Source: Ignavibacteriae bacterium HGW-Ignavibacteriae-1 (lineage in GTDB: Bacteria; Bacteroidota; Ignavibacteria; Kapaibacteriales; UBA2268). Taken from it: a DNA stretch of 64,000 bases. Every line of letters begins with the position of its first letter. The first letter of the stretch is position 1. The stretch is taken from the NCBI GenBank assembly GCA_002839825.1, contig PGYU01000011.1, forward strand, positions 3,218 to 67,217, in the 5' to 3' direction. The notes under the pieces are model-generated. The model ran no database searches, was not told the origin of the DNA, and was given only the letters and a program-made list of their open reading frames with translations. The translations under genes and the position numbers were made by a program. Positions 1-11,066 of this stretch are shown in pieces.

Positions 1-1334
1 CTACTCACGATTGCCAGATTTGCCATTCTGATTTTTCTATCTTTCGATTCTTCGATAATAGACATATCGCGAACTTTGTCCAAATCATTATGGAAGTGCA
101 TACGGATTTTGTCGAGAAATTTGGCATTGATTTCGTAAATAATTTGCAAATGCCTTGGGAGTAATTTCTCAAACAAAGCAACTGACCACTTTTCCAGAGC
201 TTCGCTCAGCACGGTATGATTTGTATATGCAAATGACTTCTGGGTGATTTCCCATGCGACGTCCCAATGCAAATGCTCCTTGTCCAACAAAATTCGCATC
301 AATTCAACAATTGCGATCGCCGGATGTGTGTCATTCAATTGCATGGTGTTTTTTTCGGCAAAATTGGAGAAATCATCATGCTTGACCTTGAAACGCCTGA
401 TTATATCTTGCAATGAAGCGGAAACGAAGAAGTATTGCTGCTTGAGCCTGAGCTCCTTTCCTGCGACGGTATTATCATTAGGGTACAAAACTTTGGATAT
501 ATTTTCTGTTTCGTATTTATTTTCAACAGCTTTGATGTAATCGCCTTGGTTGAAAGAATGAAAATCAAAGTCCTTAGATGCTTTAGCTTCCCACAAGCGA
601 AGATTATTGCATGTATTATTGTTGTATCCCGGAATCGGAATATCATAAGCTACTGCGAGCACGTCGGTAGTGTCAATCCATTCGACCCATGTATTGCCGT
701 TTTGACGTTCTATCGTTTTGCCACCGAATTTGATAGGATAAGTATATTCCGGTCTCATAATTTCCCATGGACTACCGAAATGAAGCCAGTTATCGGGCTT
801 TTCGACTTGGTAGCCGTTAATTATATCTTGCTCGAAAATTCCGTATTCGTATCTGATGCCATATCCAAAAGCTGGCAGTTCCATAGTAGCCATCGAATCT
901 AAGAAACATGCCGCAAGTCTGCCCAAACCTCCGTTACCCAATCCCATGTCATGTTCGGCATCAACAATCTCGCCCAAATCATAACCCATTTCCTTGATTA
1001 TATTTTCTGCTTCTTCGTAAAAACCCATATTAATAAGTGTATTTCCTAATAGTCGTCCCATCAAAAATTCCATCGAAAGATAGTAAACTCTTTTGACATC
1101 GTTTTTGTAGTAATGATTCTGGGTCCGAAGCCATTTTCTAATCAACCGGTCTCGCACAGCCATAGCAACGGCTCGGTAAGTGTCTTCGAGCGTTGCTGTT
1201 GTTTTGTCCTTCACCATTCGGAATTCGAGATGCTCGGCAATCTGATTTCTGAGCGAATAGGTTTCGGGGTCTTGGTCATCCGTAAAAAAAATCGAATCGC
1301 TTTTTTTAGTAATTTGCTTCTTTGTCTTAGCCAT
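1..1334 (-). CDS. glgP: Glycogen/alpha-glucan phosphorylase, N-terminal ~444 aa; the C-terminus runs off the window start
   Basis: The minus-strand translation starting at 1334 (MAKTKKQITKK...) has characteristic phosphorylase N-terminal motifs (EFLMGRLLGNTLINMG, GNGGLGRLAACFLDS). The plus-strand ORFs listed in the track here are antisense artefacts. Confidence 0.85.
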   Translation of the reverse strand, partial: MAKTKKQITKKSDSIFFTDDQDPETYSLRNQIAEHLEFRMVKDKTTATLEDTYRAVAMAVRDRLIRKWLRTQNHYYKNDVKRVYYLSMEFLMGRLLGNTLINMGFYEEAENIIKEMGYDLGEIVDAEHDMGLGNGGLGRLAACFLDSMATMELPAFGYGIRYEYGIFEQDIINGYQVEKPDNWLHFGSPWEIMRPEYTYPIKFGGKTIERQNGNTWVEWIDTTDVLAVAYDIPIPGYNNNTCNNLRLWEAKASKDFDFHSFNQGDYIKAVENKYETENISKVLYPNDNTVAGKELRLKQQYFFVSASLQDIIRRFKVKHDDFSNFAEKNTMQLNDTHPAIAIVELMRILLDKEHLHWDVAWEITQKSFAYTNHTVLSEALEKWSVALFEKLLPRHLQIIYEINAKFLDKIRMHFHNDLDKVRDMSIIEESKDRKIRMANLAIVS

Positions 1335-1502
1335 TTAAATAAATCCATTTTTACATTATCAATATGAAATTATGTACGTATTTGGAACTAATTATTTTAA
1401 GGTAGCCGGTTCTTGATTTATAGTTGATTATAATTTTGATAATATTTGACTTTTTTTTTCGTCATACCTTAACTATGTTAATCATGTTGGAGAAATATAA
1501 TA

Positions 1503-2213
1503 TTGCTGTGGTATCAGGGAAAAGTCGTTGATATTATTAAAGAAACGCCAAGTATCAGAAGATTCTATATACAGGTGCCGGAGCTTGAAAGATATATTTT
1601 TCAAGCCGGGCAGCACATCAAAATCGAGTTTCCGTTCAACATTAAGAAGAACTATCGCCAATACTCGTTGGCGAATGCTCCGAACGGCTCGAATGTCTTT
1701 GAATTACTCATTGTCTTAGACCCAAACGGGTTGGCTACTAACTATTTGTTTAATGAAGTTGATATTGGAAGCACCTTGAAAGTTTCCGAACCAAGGGGAA
1801 GTTTCGTTCATAAACCCGATGCCGATAAGGACATTTGCTTTATATGCACGGGCGTGGGGCTCGCTCCGCTCAGGTCAATGTATTTGGATATTATCAAAAA
1901 CAAAATTCCGCATAGGCATATGTATTTGATTTTTGGTACTCGATACATGCACGACATGGTATATTTGGAGGAAATGGAAGAATTGACCCAACGAGGGGAT
2001 TTCACTTTTATTCCGGTTCTATCGCGCGAAACTTCAGACGAATGGGTTGGAAGACGTGGATATTTGCACCAAGTCTATAAAGAACTTTTTGCTGATAAGC
2101 CTCCTGTGGATTTCTATATTTGCGGATGGCGAGATATGGTGTCCGAAGCACGTCAAACTTTGCTTGACATGGGTTTCAGTCGCAAAAGTATCAATTTTGA
2201 ACGCTACAATTAA
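1503..2213 (+). CDS. FAD/NAD(P)-binding oxidoreductase (ferredoxin-NADP reductase-like)
   Basis: RxYS FAD motif (RQYSLANAP) and the GxGxxP NAD motif (CTGVGLAPL). TTG start codon as given in the ORF track. Confidence 0.7.
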   Translation: MLWYQGKVVDIIKETPSIRRFYIQVPELERYIFQAGQHIKIEFPFNIKKNYRQYSLANAPNGSNVFELLIVLDPNGLATNYLFNEVDIGSTLKVSEPRGSFVHKPDADKDICFICTGVGLAPLRSMYLDIIKNKIPHRHMYLIFGTRYMHDMVYLEEMEELTQRGDFTFIPVLSRETSDEWVGRRGYLHQVYKELFADKPPVDFYICGWRDMVSEARQTLLDMGFSRKSINFERYN

Positions 2214-2219
2214 ACGTTC

Positions 2220-3404
2220 ATGAATATAATATCAAATCAAACGGGAAGTGTGGGAATATACCTGCATTTCCCGTATTGCGTTCATAAATGCTCTTATTGC
2301 GATTTCTATTCCATCGAAAAGCTGTCGAGTCGCGATAAATTTGCCGAAGCTGCCGTAACGGAAATCAAGCTCCGAAATGAAGTTTTGGGAAGCAAGTTGA
2401 AAGTCGAAACCATCTTTTTCGGCGGCGGAACGCCTTCATTGATGAAACCCCAACACATGGAGCAAATTACTCAAGCATTGCACGATTGTTTCGATATGAG
2501 CCAATTGACTGAATGGACTATGGAATGCAACCCGGGCACTATAGATGCAAAATTTATTGCTGATTATAAGCAGTTCGGAGTTAACCGTATCAGCTTTGGG
2601 GTGCAATCTTTCAATCGCGAAGAACTCAAATTCTTAGAACGAATTCATGACGAGAAATCAATATACAACGCTGTCAATATCGCTCGTAAAGCAGGATTTG
2701 AAAATTTGAGCATAGATTTGATTTACGCAATTCCCGGGCAAACGCTCGATACTTGGAGTGATTCAATTGCTAAAGCATTGTCGCTCCAAACAGAACATAT
2801 TTCGGCTTATAGTTTGATTTACGAACCCGAAACACCGCTTTACGATAGATTCATTCGCGGAGAATTGAATGTGCATGACGAAGAGGTTGACCAAGACTTC
2901 TACGAACTCGCAGTCAAAAATTTCTCCAATTCGCATTACGAGCATTACGAAATTTCCAATTTTGCCAAAGAAGACTTCAAATGCCTTCATAATCTGAAAT
3001 ATTGGACGTCTGAAGATTATCTTGCTTACGGACCATCAGCTCACGGACTTTACAATAAGCAGCGATATTGGAACTTTCGCGACCTGGATAAATATTTCAA
3101 ACTGTTGGGCGAGGGTACGCTTCCAATAGAAAATTCGGAAGTATTGACCTTGGAACAACAAATCAATGAGCGAATATACTTGGATTTGCGTTCTGAAGGA
3201 TTGCGTTTCGAGTCTTTTGAGGATAAATTCGGCTTTGATTTACGAATTATAAGCAATCCATTCATAGAAAAATTAATTGCTGACGGATATGCTGAAAATA
3301 AAAGCTCAAATACACTCAAACTCACATCAAAAGGATATTTCATAAGTGATAGGATTACCATAGAGTTCATGAAATTTGCAGAGAAAAATCGTAAAATTTA
3401 TTAG
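2220..3404 (+). CDS. hemW: Radical SAM HemW/HemN-like coproporphyrinogen oxidase family protein
   Basis: CxxxCxxC radical SAM motif (CVHKCSYCDF) followed by a HemN_C-like tail. Confidence 0.85.
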   Translation: MNIISNQTGSVGIYLHFPYCVHKCSYCDFYSIEKLSSRDKFAEAAVTEIKLRNEVLGSKLKVETIFFGGGTPSLMKPQHMEQITQALHDCFDMSQLTEWTMECNPGTIDAKFIADYKQFGVNRISFGVQSFNREELKFLERIHDEKSIYNAVNIARKAGFENLSIDLIYAIPGQTLDTWSDSIAKALSLQTEHISAYSLIYEPETPLYDRFIRGELNVHDEEVDQDFYELAVKNFSNSHYEHYEISNFAKEDFKCLHNLKYWTSEDYLAYGPSAHGLYNKQRYWNFRDLDKYFKLLGEGTLPIENSEVLTLEQQINERIYLDLRSEGLRFESFEDKFGFDLRIISNPFIEKLIADGYAENKSSNTLKLTSKGYFISDRITIEFMKFAEKNRKIY

Positions 3405-3498
3405 AAATATTTTCAATTGTTAAGGTATCTTAACAATAAAGTTTTTAATTCTTTATATATTTGAACTTGATTTTTTCACAATTTAAAAAAAGATTTTT

Positions 3499-5748
3499 GT
3501 GGAATTAACTTTAATAATTGTCATCGTATTGCTCCTTTTAGCAGTCATCGATTTGACAGTCGGTGTCGCAAATGATGCAGTAAACTTCCTAAACTCAGCG
3601 TTAGGCTCCCGTGCCTCCACTTTCCGAGTTGCTATGATTGTAGCCGCTTTGGGTGTTTTGGTTGGTGTAACATTTTCGAGCGGGATGATGGAAATTGCCC
3701 GAAGCGGCATTTTCAACCCCCAATATTTTGGTCTGACAGAACTGCTGATAATCTTTGTAGCTCTGATGTTCCAGGATATTTTGCTCTTGGACTTATTCAA
3801 TACTTTCGGTCTCCCAACATCAACGACTGTATCCTTGGTTTTTGGATTGTTAGGTGCCGCAGTAGGTGTTGCAATCATCAAAGTCCTCCAATTAGGACAA
3901 GATTTATCATATGTAGTGGATTATATCAATACCGATTCTGTTTTGGTGATTATTTCCGCAATATTGCTATCAATCTTGTTTGCTTTTGTATTCGGATATG
4001 TTATCCAATATTTGACGAGATTATTATTTACATACAGTTATAAGGCAAATTTTCGCAAATTTGGTTCAGTCTGGAGCGGGTTGGCGCTTACTTCATTGTC
4101 CTTATTCATCCTGATAAAAGGTGCAAAAGGCGCTGCTTTTATTCCGCCTGATATTTCATCATGGATACAACAAAATCAATTAATATTATCTGCATATATG
4201 TTTGTCGCTTGGACAATGTTAATGCAACTATTGATGTGGTTTACAAAGGTAAATGTACTCAAGGTCATAGTATTAATCGGGACCTTTGCTCTTGCAATGG
4301 CTTTTGCAGCAAATGACTTAGTCAATTTTATAGGAGCACCGATTGCCGGGCTTCATGCTTATCAGTATTCACTCGAACATCCCAATATCGCAAATATGAC
4401 AATGGGAGTAATGTCTGAGCCGGTTAAAGTAGATACTGCTTTATTGCTATTAGCCGGTATAATCATGGTAATTACGCTTTTCGTGTCGCGCAAGGCAAGG
4501 AATGTCTCAAATACAACAATCGGGCTTGGCAGTCAAGAAGATAGTATTGAAAAATTTGAATCTAATTTGATTGCACGTAATATAGTACGGTTATTCATTG
4601 CCATAGGAAACGGATTAAAATTCATTACTCCAACTTTTGTCAATAGGTGGATTCAGAGCAGATTTGATTTATCAAAATACAAACCTGAATTGGACGAAAA
4701 CGGCATGCCACCTGCATTTGACTTGTTGCGCGCAGCTGTGATTTTGATGGTTTCTGCAGGTTTAATTTCTTTAGCCACCTCTATGAAATTGCCTCTTTCT
4801 ACTACATATGTCACTTTCATAGTTGCTATGTCTGCTGCACTTTCCGACAAATCGTGGGGTCGAGAATCTGCCGTATATAGAGTTTCGGGTGTTGTTACTG
4901 TAATCGGGGGTTGGTTCTTAACAGCTCTCTCTGCATTCTTAATGTCGGGTATTATAGCTTCGATTATTTTCTTTGGCGAACTTTATGCAATTTTTGGTTT
5001 TATCGGCTTGATTGCATTTACATTCTTCAGAACCGGAAAATTCCGCAAAGATAGTGATTTGAAAGACGAAGCTTTGCTTTCGATGATTAGCTACACAAAC
5101 GAAGCAACGTCTATATTGATTAAGAATACATTCAATAATATATCTAACAATATCGGCAAATTGAAAACTATCATGAATTTGTCTTATTCCGGATTACTTG
5201 CTTCAAATTTGAAAAATTTGAAAAAGAGTATGGTTGAAGCAGGCGAACACGATAAAAATTGCCAAATGCTAATTAAAAACATTCTGAAACAATTATATAA
5301 GAATAAAGAATCAGAAATTTCCGAAGTTTACAATTTTTCAACATCCCTAATAAGTTTGCAGGATTTAGCAGACAGAGTAGTACTGCTTTCCAAGCAAAAT
5401 CATAAATATATTGACAACAATCACCATAAGTTTACTCCCGAGCAAATAACCGAAATCGGTGGACTAATCAAAGGGTTGAATAAATTAATTGACGGGTCGT
5501 TAAAGTATTTGGATACTTTCGACCTAAAAATCATGAAAGAACTCGAAATTCAACATGCTTTGAATGAAGCTGAAATGAAAAAGTTGTCCAAAATCCAATA
5601 TTATAGGATTAAAGAAGCATCGGGTCAGTACAAAAAATCTATGCTTTACTTGAATATACTGAGCGACGTTGATTTCATTGGCGATAAAATTCTCTATATC
5701 GTGAAATCTGCTGCAACGCTTAACGATAAAATTGCAAAGCAAAATTAA
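3499..5748 (+). CDS. PiT-family inorganic phosphate transporter with a ~250-aa hydrophilic PhoU-like C-terminal extension
   Basis: Two GANDxxN signature repeats (GVANDAVNF, AFAANDLVNF) and many TM helices. The C-terminus is helical and charged. Confidence 0.75.
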   Translation: MELTLIIVIVLLLLAVIDLTVGVANDAVNFLNSALGSRASTFRVAMIVAALGVLVGVTFSSGMMEIARSGIFNPQYFGLTELLIIFVALMFQDILLLDLFNTFGLPTSTTVSLVFGLLGAAVGVAIIKVLQLGQDLSYVVDYINTDSVLVIISAILLSILFAFVFGYVIQYLTRLLFTYSYKANFRKFGSVWSGLALTSLSLFILIKGAKGAAFIPPDISSWIQQNQLILSAYMFVAWTMLMQLLMWFTKVNVLKVIVLIGTFALAMAFAANDLVNFIGAPIAGLHAYQYSLEHPNIANMTMGVMSEPVKVDTALLLLAGIIMVITLFVSRKARNVSNTTIGLGSQEDSIEKFESNLIARNIVRLFIAIGNGLKFITPTFVNRWIQSRFDLSKYKPELDENGMPPAFDLLRAAVILMVSAGLISLATSMKLPLSTTYVTFIVAMSAALSDKSWGRESAVYRVSGVVTVIGGWFLTALSAFLMSGIIASIIFFGELYAIFGFIGLIAFTFFRTGKFRKDSDLKDEALLSMISYTNEATSILIKNTFNNISNNIGKLKTIMNLSYSGLLASNLKNLKKSMVEAGEHDKNCQMLIKNILKQLYKNKESEISEVYNFSTSLISLQDLADRVVLLSKQNHKYIDNNHHKFTPEQITEIGGLIKGLNKLIDGSLKYLDTFDLKIMKELEIQHALNEAEMKKLSKIQYYRIKEASGQYKKSMLYLNILSDVDFIGDKILYIVKSAATLNDKIAKQN

Positions 5749-5758
5749 AATTGTATTT

Positions 5759-8374
5759 CTATACAATTTCTCGGTTAATGCTCAGAACAACTGATTTGCC
5801 GTCGTATTCGATAATTGCGGCATTGATTTCTACTTTAAAAATTGTTCCGTCCGAACGTTTTTGAGTTGTAACAAATCTATGCTTTTCGTTGCTGCGGAAT
5901 GTTCGCGAAATCTGAGTTTTTCCATGACTTACATCTGTCGAAATTTCCTCGAGTGACATTCCTATGAATTGCGCTTTTTCAATGCCGTACATTTCTGTGG
6001 CTTTGCGATTGACGTCAAGCACGATTTCGTTGTTTGGTTCAAATATTATAATAGCATCTTGAGCAAGCTCGAAAATACTCCGATATTTGTTTTCAGATAG
6101 TCTGAGCGCTTCTTCTATTCGTTTTTGCTTTGTGATGTCACGTCCGGCATATAGCGTTTCTGCGGCGCCATCAGAAGTAATATAGCTTGTGCATGCCCAT
6201 GAAAACCACCTCCAGCCGTATTTTGTCATAGCACGATGATCCGAATTGACACTACATGGTTTTGACGAATTCAATGCAACGAGCGATTCTTCAAGCCCGG
6301 TTTTATCATCGGGATGAATTTGATATTCGTATTTGGTGCCGATAATTTCCAATTCATCTACATCAAACAAGTCGCAAAAAGAAGGACTAAGATAGCTTAC
6401 AACTCCGCTGTCATCCTTAGTTATCAATAAATCGCTTTGGTGCTCGAGCAGCTTCTTGAACTTCTCGGCGCTCTCGCTTTGCTCTTGTTGGCGAATTTTT
6501 TGTTCGCCGATGTCTTCAATTCGTCCAATAAGAAATGCTTTGTTATTAGCTTTATCAATAATGTATGTATGAGTGTCTCTGATGCTCTTATATTTGCCGG
6601 ATTTTGTTTTTATCCGGTATTCTAAGTGAGAAGTCGTTTCGTTGAAATCATTTCGCAAATTGGGAGAAAGATGAAAATTTTGAAAATGATTAATATCTTC
6701 AGGATGTATCAAAGCAAATATTTCCGCATCGGTCAGTCGCATAAACTCTTCGGGAGTATATCCCAATATTTTTATTACATAATGACTGATATAAACGTAT
6801 CTGCCGCTTACAAGGTTCTTCTTGTAGATGATTTGATTGGTGAAGCTCAAAATTTCTTTCAGCATTGTAACTTCATGAAAGTCATGCTCAGGATTTTTAT
6901 ATTGTTCACTTATATCTTCAAAAAAGTAATAAATTGCCGGTTTGCCACCTTCCGACAATTTAAATTGCACACTTGCGGCAACTTTGTCAATACCATCAAT
7001 CGTTCTGAATCTTGTTTCATTCTTAATAGGTTCGGGGCTGTTATTCAATAAATTCGTCCGAATTTCAGATTCAAACACATCTTTATCTATCACAAAGGAA
7101 GTATTTTCGTTGAAATAATTTGATTGCAAATCCCAGATATACTCTCCAAGTGCTGATTCTGATTCTAAACCTGAAAGCTTTTCGATGCTTTTGTTCCAAT
7201 GGGTGATTTTTCCCATATCATCAATCCTCATGAAGCCCTTGTCGAAATGCTCAATCAAAGTATCAATCGCCGAGCATCTATGCTGCAAATTCACGTATTC
7301 ATCATAATAATCATCAATATCAATCATTACGCCAGCCAACATCGAAGGATTGCCCAATTCATCATTTGCGATTACCATCAATTTTATTTCAATCCATTTC
7401 CAATCGTTTTTGAGAAGCACCCTCAACTTAGTTGAAAAAATGCCCTTTGGAGTGCTCAAATATTTGTCGAAATCTGCGATTGCATCCGTATAAACATCAG
7501 AATCCATGAAATTTTTCAAAGTATTACGCGAAATTTTTCGATTCTTAATCAAATCACTTGAGTGGTCTGAACGAGTATTTTTGTAATAAACGGTGTCTTT
7601 TATCAAATCGTACTTGAAATACGCATTCACGGATAATTTCAGGAGTGATTCGTAGAACTCTTTTGTCAATCTTGCATGTTCGTTTTCTAAAACAAGGTCG
7701 GAAATCAATGTGATAAAAGCATGAACAATAGCCGAGCTGCCTTCGACAGACTCAAATGTCAGCCGATTCCTTACGTAATAAACTTTGTTGCTTTTGCTGA
7801 TGATTCTGTGGTCAACTATGATGCCTATATTATCAGATTTTTCGAGTGATTTGACTCTCTTCAGGAAATCCTTGTAATCATCGGGATGGATGAGCTCCGC
7901 CAAATCATCACCGGCGCCAAATTCGGTCAAATGGTTAAATTCATCGCTACATTCGGTAAGTTTAGCTGTTGAAATATCGAAAGCATAGTGATACAAAAAG
8001 CCCAAATTGTGTGCTATTGGCAGTGCCTCACTGTCGGATTTAGAGTCAAGGGAGATAATTAGCAAAAGGCTGTCCTCTTTTTCCCATGTGATTGATTGGC
8101 AACTGAAATGCTTCTTGTTGTCAATTTTGAAGAGTCTCATGATTTCATTTTTGTCGAAATCGCCCGAGTAATCATGCTGAATTTGGAAACCTTTGGGAAA
8201 TTTTGTCTTCAGATATTTTTTGGCAGCATTGTTCGCAAAGGTTATCTTCATTTCCTTGTTAATGACAATGACGGCAGTAGAAAGCTGCTCCGCCAGATTC
8301 ATGAACGTTGTTTCTGAATGAGTCTCGTTTTCCTGAGTAACTTCATGAGCCGATTTTATATTTTGCTTAGCCAT
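5759..8374 (-). CDS. Multi-PAS domain sensor protein with no recognisable output domain
   Basis: 871 aa with several PAS/PAC-like repeats. No H-box or ATPase motifs seen. Confidence 0.7.
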   Translation of the reverse strand: MAKQNIKSAHEVTQENETHSETTFMNLAEQLSTAVIVINKEMKITFANNAAKKYLKTKFPKGFQIQHDYSGDFDKNEIMRLFKIDNKKHFSCQSITWEKEDSLLLIISLDSKSDSEALPIAHNLGFLYHYAFDISTAKLTECSDEFNHLTEFGAGDDLAELIHPDDYKDFLKRVKSLEKSDNIGIIVDHRIISKSNKVYYVRNRLTFESVEGSSAIVHAFITLISDLVLENEHARLTKEFYESLLKLSVNAYFKYDLIKDTVYYKNTRSDHSSDLIKNRKISRNTLKNFMDSDVYTDAIADFDKYLSTPKGIFSTKLRVLLKNDWKWIEIKLMVIANDELGNPSMLAGVMIDIDDYYDEYVNLQHRCSAIDTLIEHFDKGFMRIDDMGKITHWNKSIEKLSGLESESALGEYIWDLQSNYFNENTSFVIDKDVFESEIRTNLLNNSPEPIKNETRFRTIDGIDKVAASVQFKLSEGGKPAIYYFFEDISEQYKNPEHDFHEVTMLKEILSFTNQIIYKKNLVSGRYVYISHYVIKILGYTPEEFMRLTDAEIFALIHPEDINHFQNFHLSPNLRNDFNETTSHLEYRIKTKSGKYKSIRDTHTYIIDKANNKAFLIGRIEDIGEQKIRQQEQSESAEKFKKLLEHQSDLLITKDDSGVVSYLSPSFCDLFDVDELEIIGTKYEYQIHPDDKTGLEESLVALNSSKPCSVNSDHRAMTKYGWRWFSWACTSYITSDGAAETLYAGRDITKQKRIEEALRLSENKYRSIFELAQDAIIIFEPNNEIVLDVNRKATEMYGIEKAQFIGMSLEEISTDVSHGKTQISRTFRSNEKHRFVTTQKRSDGTIFKVEINAAIIEYDGKSVVLSINREIV

Positions 8375-8499
8375 TTTGAAATCTCGTTAATTTAATATCT
8401 AAATATAACTATTTGTTTATAATCTAAAAAATGAAAAACATCAAAATATGTTAGTAATCGTTACTTTTGCTTATAATATATAAACAAAATTGAAGTATA

Positions 8500-9765
8500 A
8501 TGGATAAATTTGTAATTGAGGGCGGAAATAGATTAAAAGGGTCGGTAAAAATTGCCGGAGCGAAAAACGGAGCTTTGGCTTTGATACCTGCAACTTTGTT
8601 AGCACCGGGCATCTACAATATTTCAAACACACCGGATTTGAAAGACGTATGGACAATGACGCGTCTGATGGGAGCGCTCGGAGTATTTTGCGAACTTAAT
8701 AATGGCGAACTTTTCATTGATGCTCGCGAAATCACCCAATTGGTAGCACCATACGAGCATGTCAAGAAAATGAGAGCATCGTTTTACGTGCTTGGTCCGC
8801 TTGTGGCGCGATACGGCGAAGCAAAAGTATCATTGCCGGGCGGCTGTGCATGGGGTCCGCGACCTGTTGATTTGCATATCAAAGGTATCGAAAAATTAGG
8901 TGCTGAAATCACATTAGACCAAGGCTATGTAATTGCAAAAAGCAATGGCAGACTTAAAGCTTGCAAATTTCATTTCGATATATCGAGTGTTGGCGCTACG
9001 GGCAATGTATTGATGGCGGCGACTCTTGCAAAAGGCACTTCTGTACTTACAAATTGCGCCATCGAACCTGAAATTACAGCATTAGCAAAAATGCTCATCA
9101 AAATGGGTGCAAAAATTGACGGTATCGGAACAACGGAATTGATAATCGAAGGTGTGGACGAACTCAAGCCTGTAAACGAAGAGACTATTCCTGACCGTAT
9201 CGAAGCTGCGACATATTTGATTGCAGCCGCAATGACAATGGGTGAAATTCAACTCGAAAATGTCAATCCATATCATCTTACATCTGTAATTGCGAAATTA
9301 GAGGAAGCAGGTTGCGAAATGGATATTAATTCCAACAAAATCTACCTCAAAGCCGATGCTCCGCCCAAGCCTGTTGATTTGGTTACAGAAGTCTATCCGG
9401 GCATTCCGACCGATATTCAAGCACAATGGACTTCGTATATGCTAACTGCCGAAGGCACATCCAAAGTGACCGATAATATTTATCAAGACCGATTCAAACA
9501 TATTCCCGAATTAGTGCGATTGGGAGCGAAAATTGACATCGTTGACAATGCGGCGATTATTTCCGGAGGCGAGAAGCTCTCCGGTGCGACTGTAATGAGC
9601 TCAGATTTGCGTGGAAGTGCATCTTTGATATTGGCGGCTCTTGTAGCCAAAGGCACTACAGAAGTGCTCAGAATCTATCATTTGGATAGAGGCTACGACA
9701 ATATCGAACAGAAACTCAGAAAGCTGGGCGCTGTGATTGAACGCCATCAGACAGAGTTAGTCTAA
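8500..9765 (+). CDS. murA: UDP-N-acetylglucosamine 1-carboxyvinyltransferase
   Basis: N-terminus FVIEGGNRLKGSVKIAGAKNGALALIPATLLA and full-length collinearity with MurA. Confidence 0.95.
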   Translation: MDKFVIEGGNRLKGSVKIAGAKNGALALIPATLLAPGIYNISNTPDLKDVWTMTRLMGALGVFCELNNGELFIDAREITQLVAPYEHVKKMRASFYVLGPLVARYGEAKVSLPGGCAWGPRPVDLHIKGIEKLGAEITLDQGYVIAKSNGRLKACKFHFDISSVGATGNVLMAATLAKGTSVLTNCAIEPEITALAKMLIKMGAKIDGIGTTELIIEGVDELKPVNEETIPDRIEAATYLIAAAMTMGEIQLENVNPYHLTSVIAKLEEAGCEMDINSNKIYLKADAPPKPVDLVTEVYPGIPTDIQAQWTSYMLTAEGTSKVTDNIYQDRFKHIPELVRLGAKIDIVDNAAIISGGEKLSGATVMSSDLRGSASLILAALVAKGTTEVLRIYHLDRGYDNIEQKLRKLGAVIERHQTELV

Positions 9766-11040
9766 AAAGAACAAAGTCCATAAATATATTAAACTGAATC
9801 CGGTCAAGAAGACCATACCGGCAATGGCGAGTATTCGGAGCCAGAGCGGTGGTTTGCCTTGTTCGGGGAAATATTTTGTAGTAACGACTTTATAGTTGAA
9901 GAATGCTAAAATTGGTGCTGCCAGAAATGACACAATCGTTGCTACATCCATCATCAATTTCATATTCTTAGCGAAAAAGCTGACAATGATAAGTCCCAAA
10001 ACACTAATTGTTATCATAATTGCGAAGTAAACATTTAGCTCTAATTGGTTGATTCGTTTGCTCAACAAGAACAAACTCCCGGTAATAGCTCGCGGATAGC
10101 CATCCATAACAGTCAACAATGAACTAAAAATTGTGATGAATGCAGCGGGAGCAATTATTACAGCACTCCAGGAGCCGAATAATTTGGTATAGAGACTAAT
10201 GAGCTGTTGTGCAAAAACCGCCCCCGAATTAGAAAATTGAATCCCCGTGCCATACATCAAAGTTGCACCGAGGGTCAAAAAGAAAATCGCCAACAATGTT
10301 GTACCAATATAGCCGATATGAAAATCAATAAGCGACTCTTTCAATGTAGGGATATACTTCTTTTGCTTGCTCCTGCTCAATGTCCAAAGCGAAGTCCACG
10401 AAGACAATTCAATGGGCGCAGGCATCCATCCCATCAATGCGATGATAAATATTATTCCGCCTTTGGTATATAAATCCATAGGTGTAAAATCAGGTGGAAT
10501 ATTTTGTCCTCTGTCAATCGCCAACAAAAAGGCTATAAAAGTGCAAACTCCAAGCAGAAAAACCATGATTTTCATCAATTTATCAAGTGCAGGATATTTG
10601 CCGATTACTAATAACAAGAAGCACAAAAGCACCAATCCGATACTCATCATCAAAGGGTCAATTCCACCTCCGAAAATATATCCGGCAAGCCCCGAACTAA
10701 CTAAGGCAAGTGCAGCAAGATTGATTACACCCGTGATGACGGACAAAATGGTAAATGCTATCAATATCCATCTGCCCATGTCATTGTAACCTTCGAGCAA
10801 ACTCCTGCCTGTTGACGCAGTATATCTGTAGCTGAATTCAAAAAAGGGATATTTGAATAAGTTTGCCATTATTACAATCCATAGCAATGTAAATCCGTAA
10901 TCGGCTCCTGCTCGAGTAGATTGTACTAGGTGCGAACCGCCGATTGCGGCTCCGGCAAACAAAATTCCGGGTCCAATAGTCTTGAGAATGCCAGTGATTT
11001 TTTCTTTGTTCATGCTTACCATCATTTTTTTACAATGCAA
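9757..11040 (-). CDS. mntH: NRAMP-family divalent metal (Mn2+/Fe2+) transporter
   Basis: GPGILFAGAAIGGSHL...RAGADYGF motif and about 11 TM segments. Confidence 0.8.
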   Translation of the reverse strand: MHCKKMMVSMNKEKITGILKTIGPGILFAGAAIGGSHLVQSTRAGADYGFTLLWIVIMANLFKYPFFEFSYRYTASTGRSLLEGYNDMGRWILIAFTILSVITGVINLAALALVSSGLAGYIFGGGIDPLMMSIGLVLLCFLLLVIGKYPALDKLMKIMVFLLGVCTFIAFLLAIDRGQNIPPDFTPMDLYTKGGIIFIIALMGWMPAPIELSSWTSLWTLSRSKQKKYIPTLKESLIDFHIGYIGTTLLAIFFLTLGATLMYGTGIQFSNSGAVFAQQLISLYTKLFGSWSAVIIAPAAFITIFSSLLTVMDGYPRAITGSLFLLSKRINQLELNVYFAIMITISVLGLIIVSFFAKNMKLMMDVATIVSFLAAPILAFFNYKVVTTKYFPEQGKPPLWLRILAIAGMVFLTGFSLIYLWTLFFLD

Positions 11041-11066
11041 AAATAGCAGAATAACACTACAAAATT

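Noticed and set aside
244-902. Plus-strand ORFs 244..540 and 435..902, and the minus-strand ORF 401..646
   Set aside because: They lie antisense to, or out of frame within, the strongly supported glycogen phosphorylase gene (1..1334, minus), and their translations are low-complexity. Frame-shadow artefacts.
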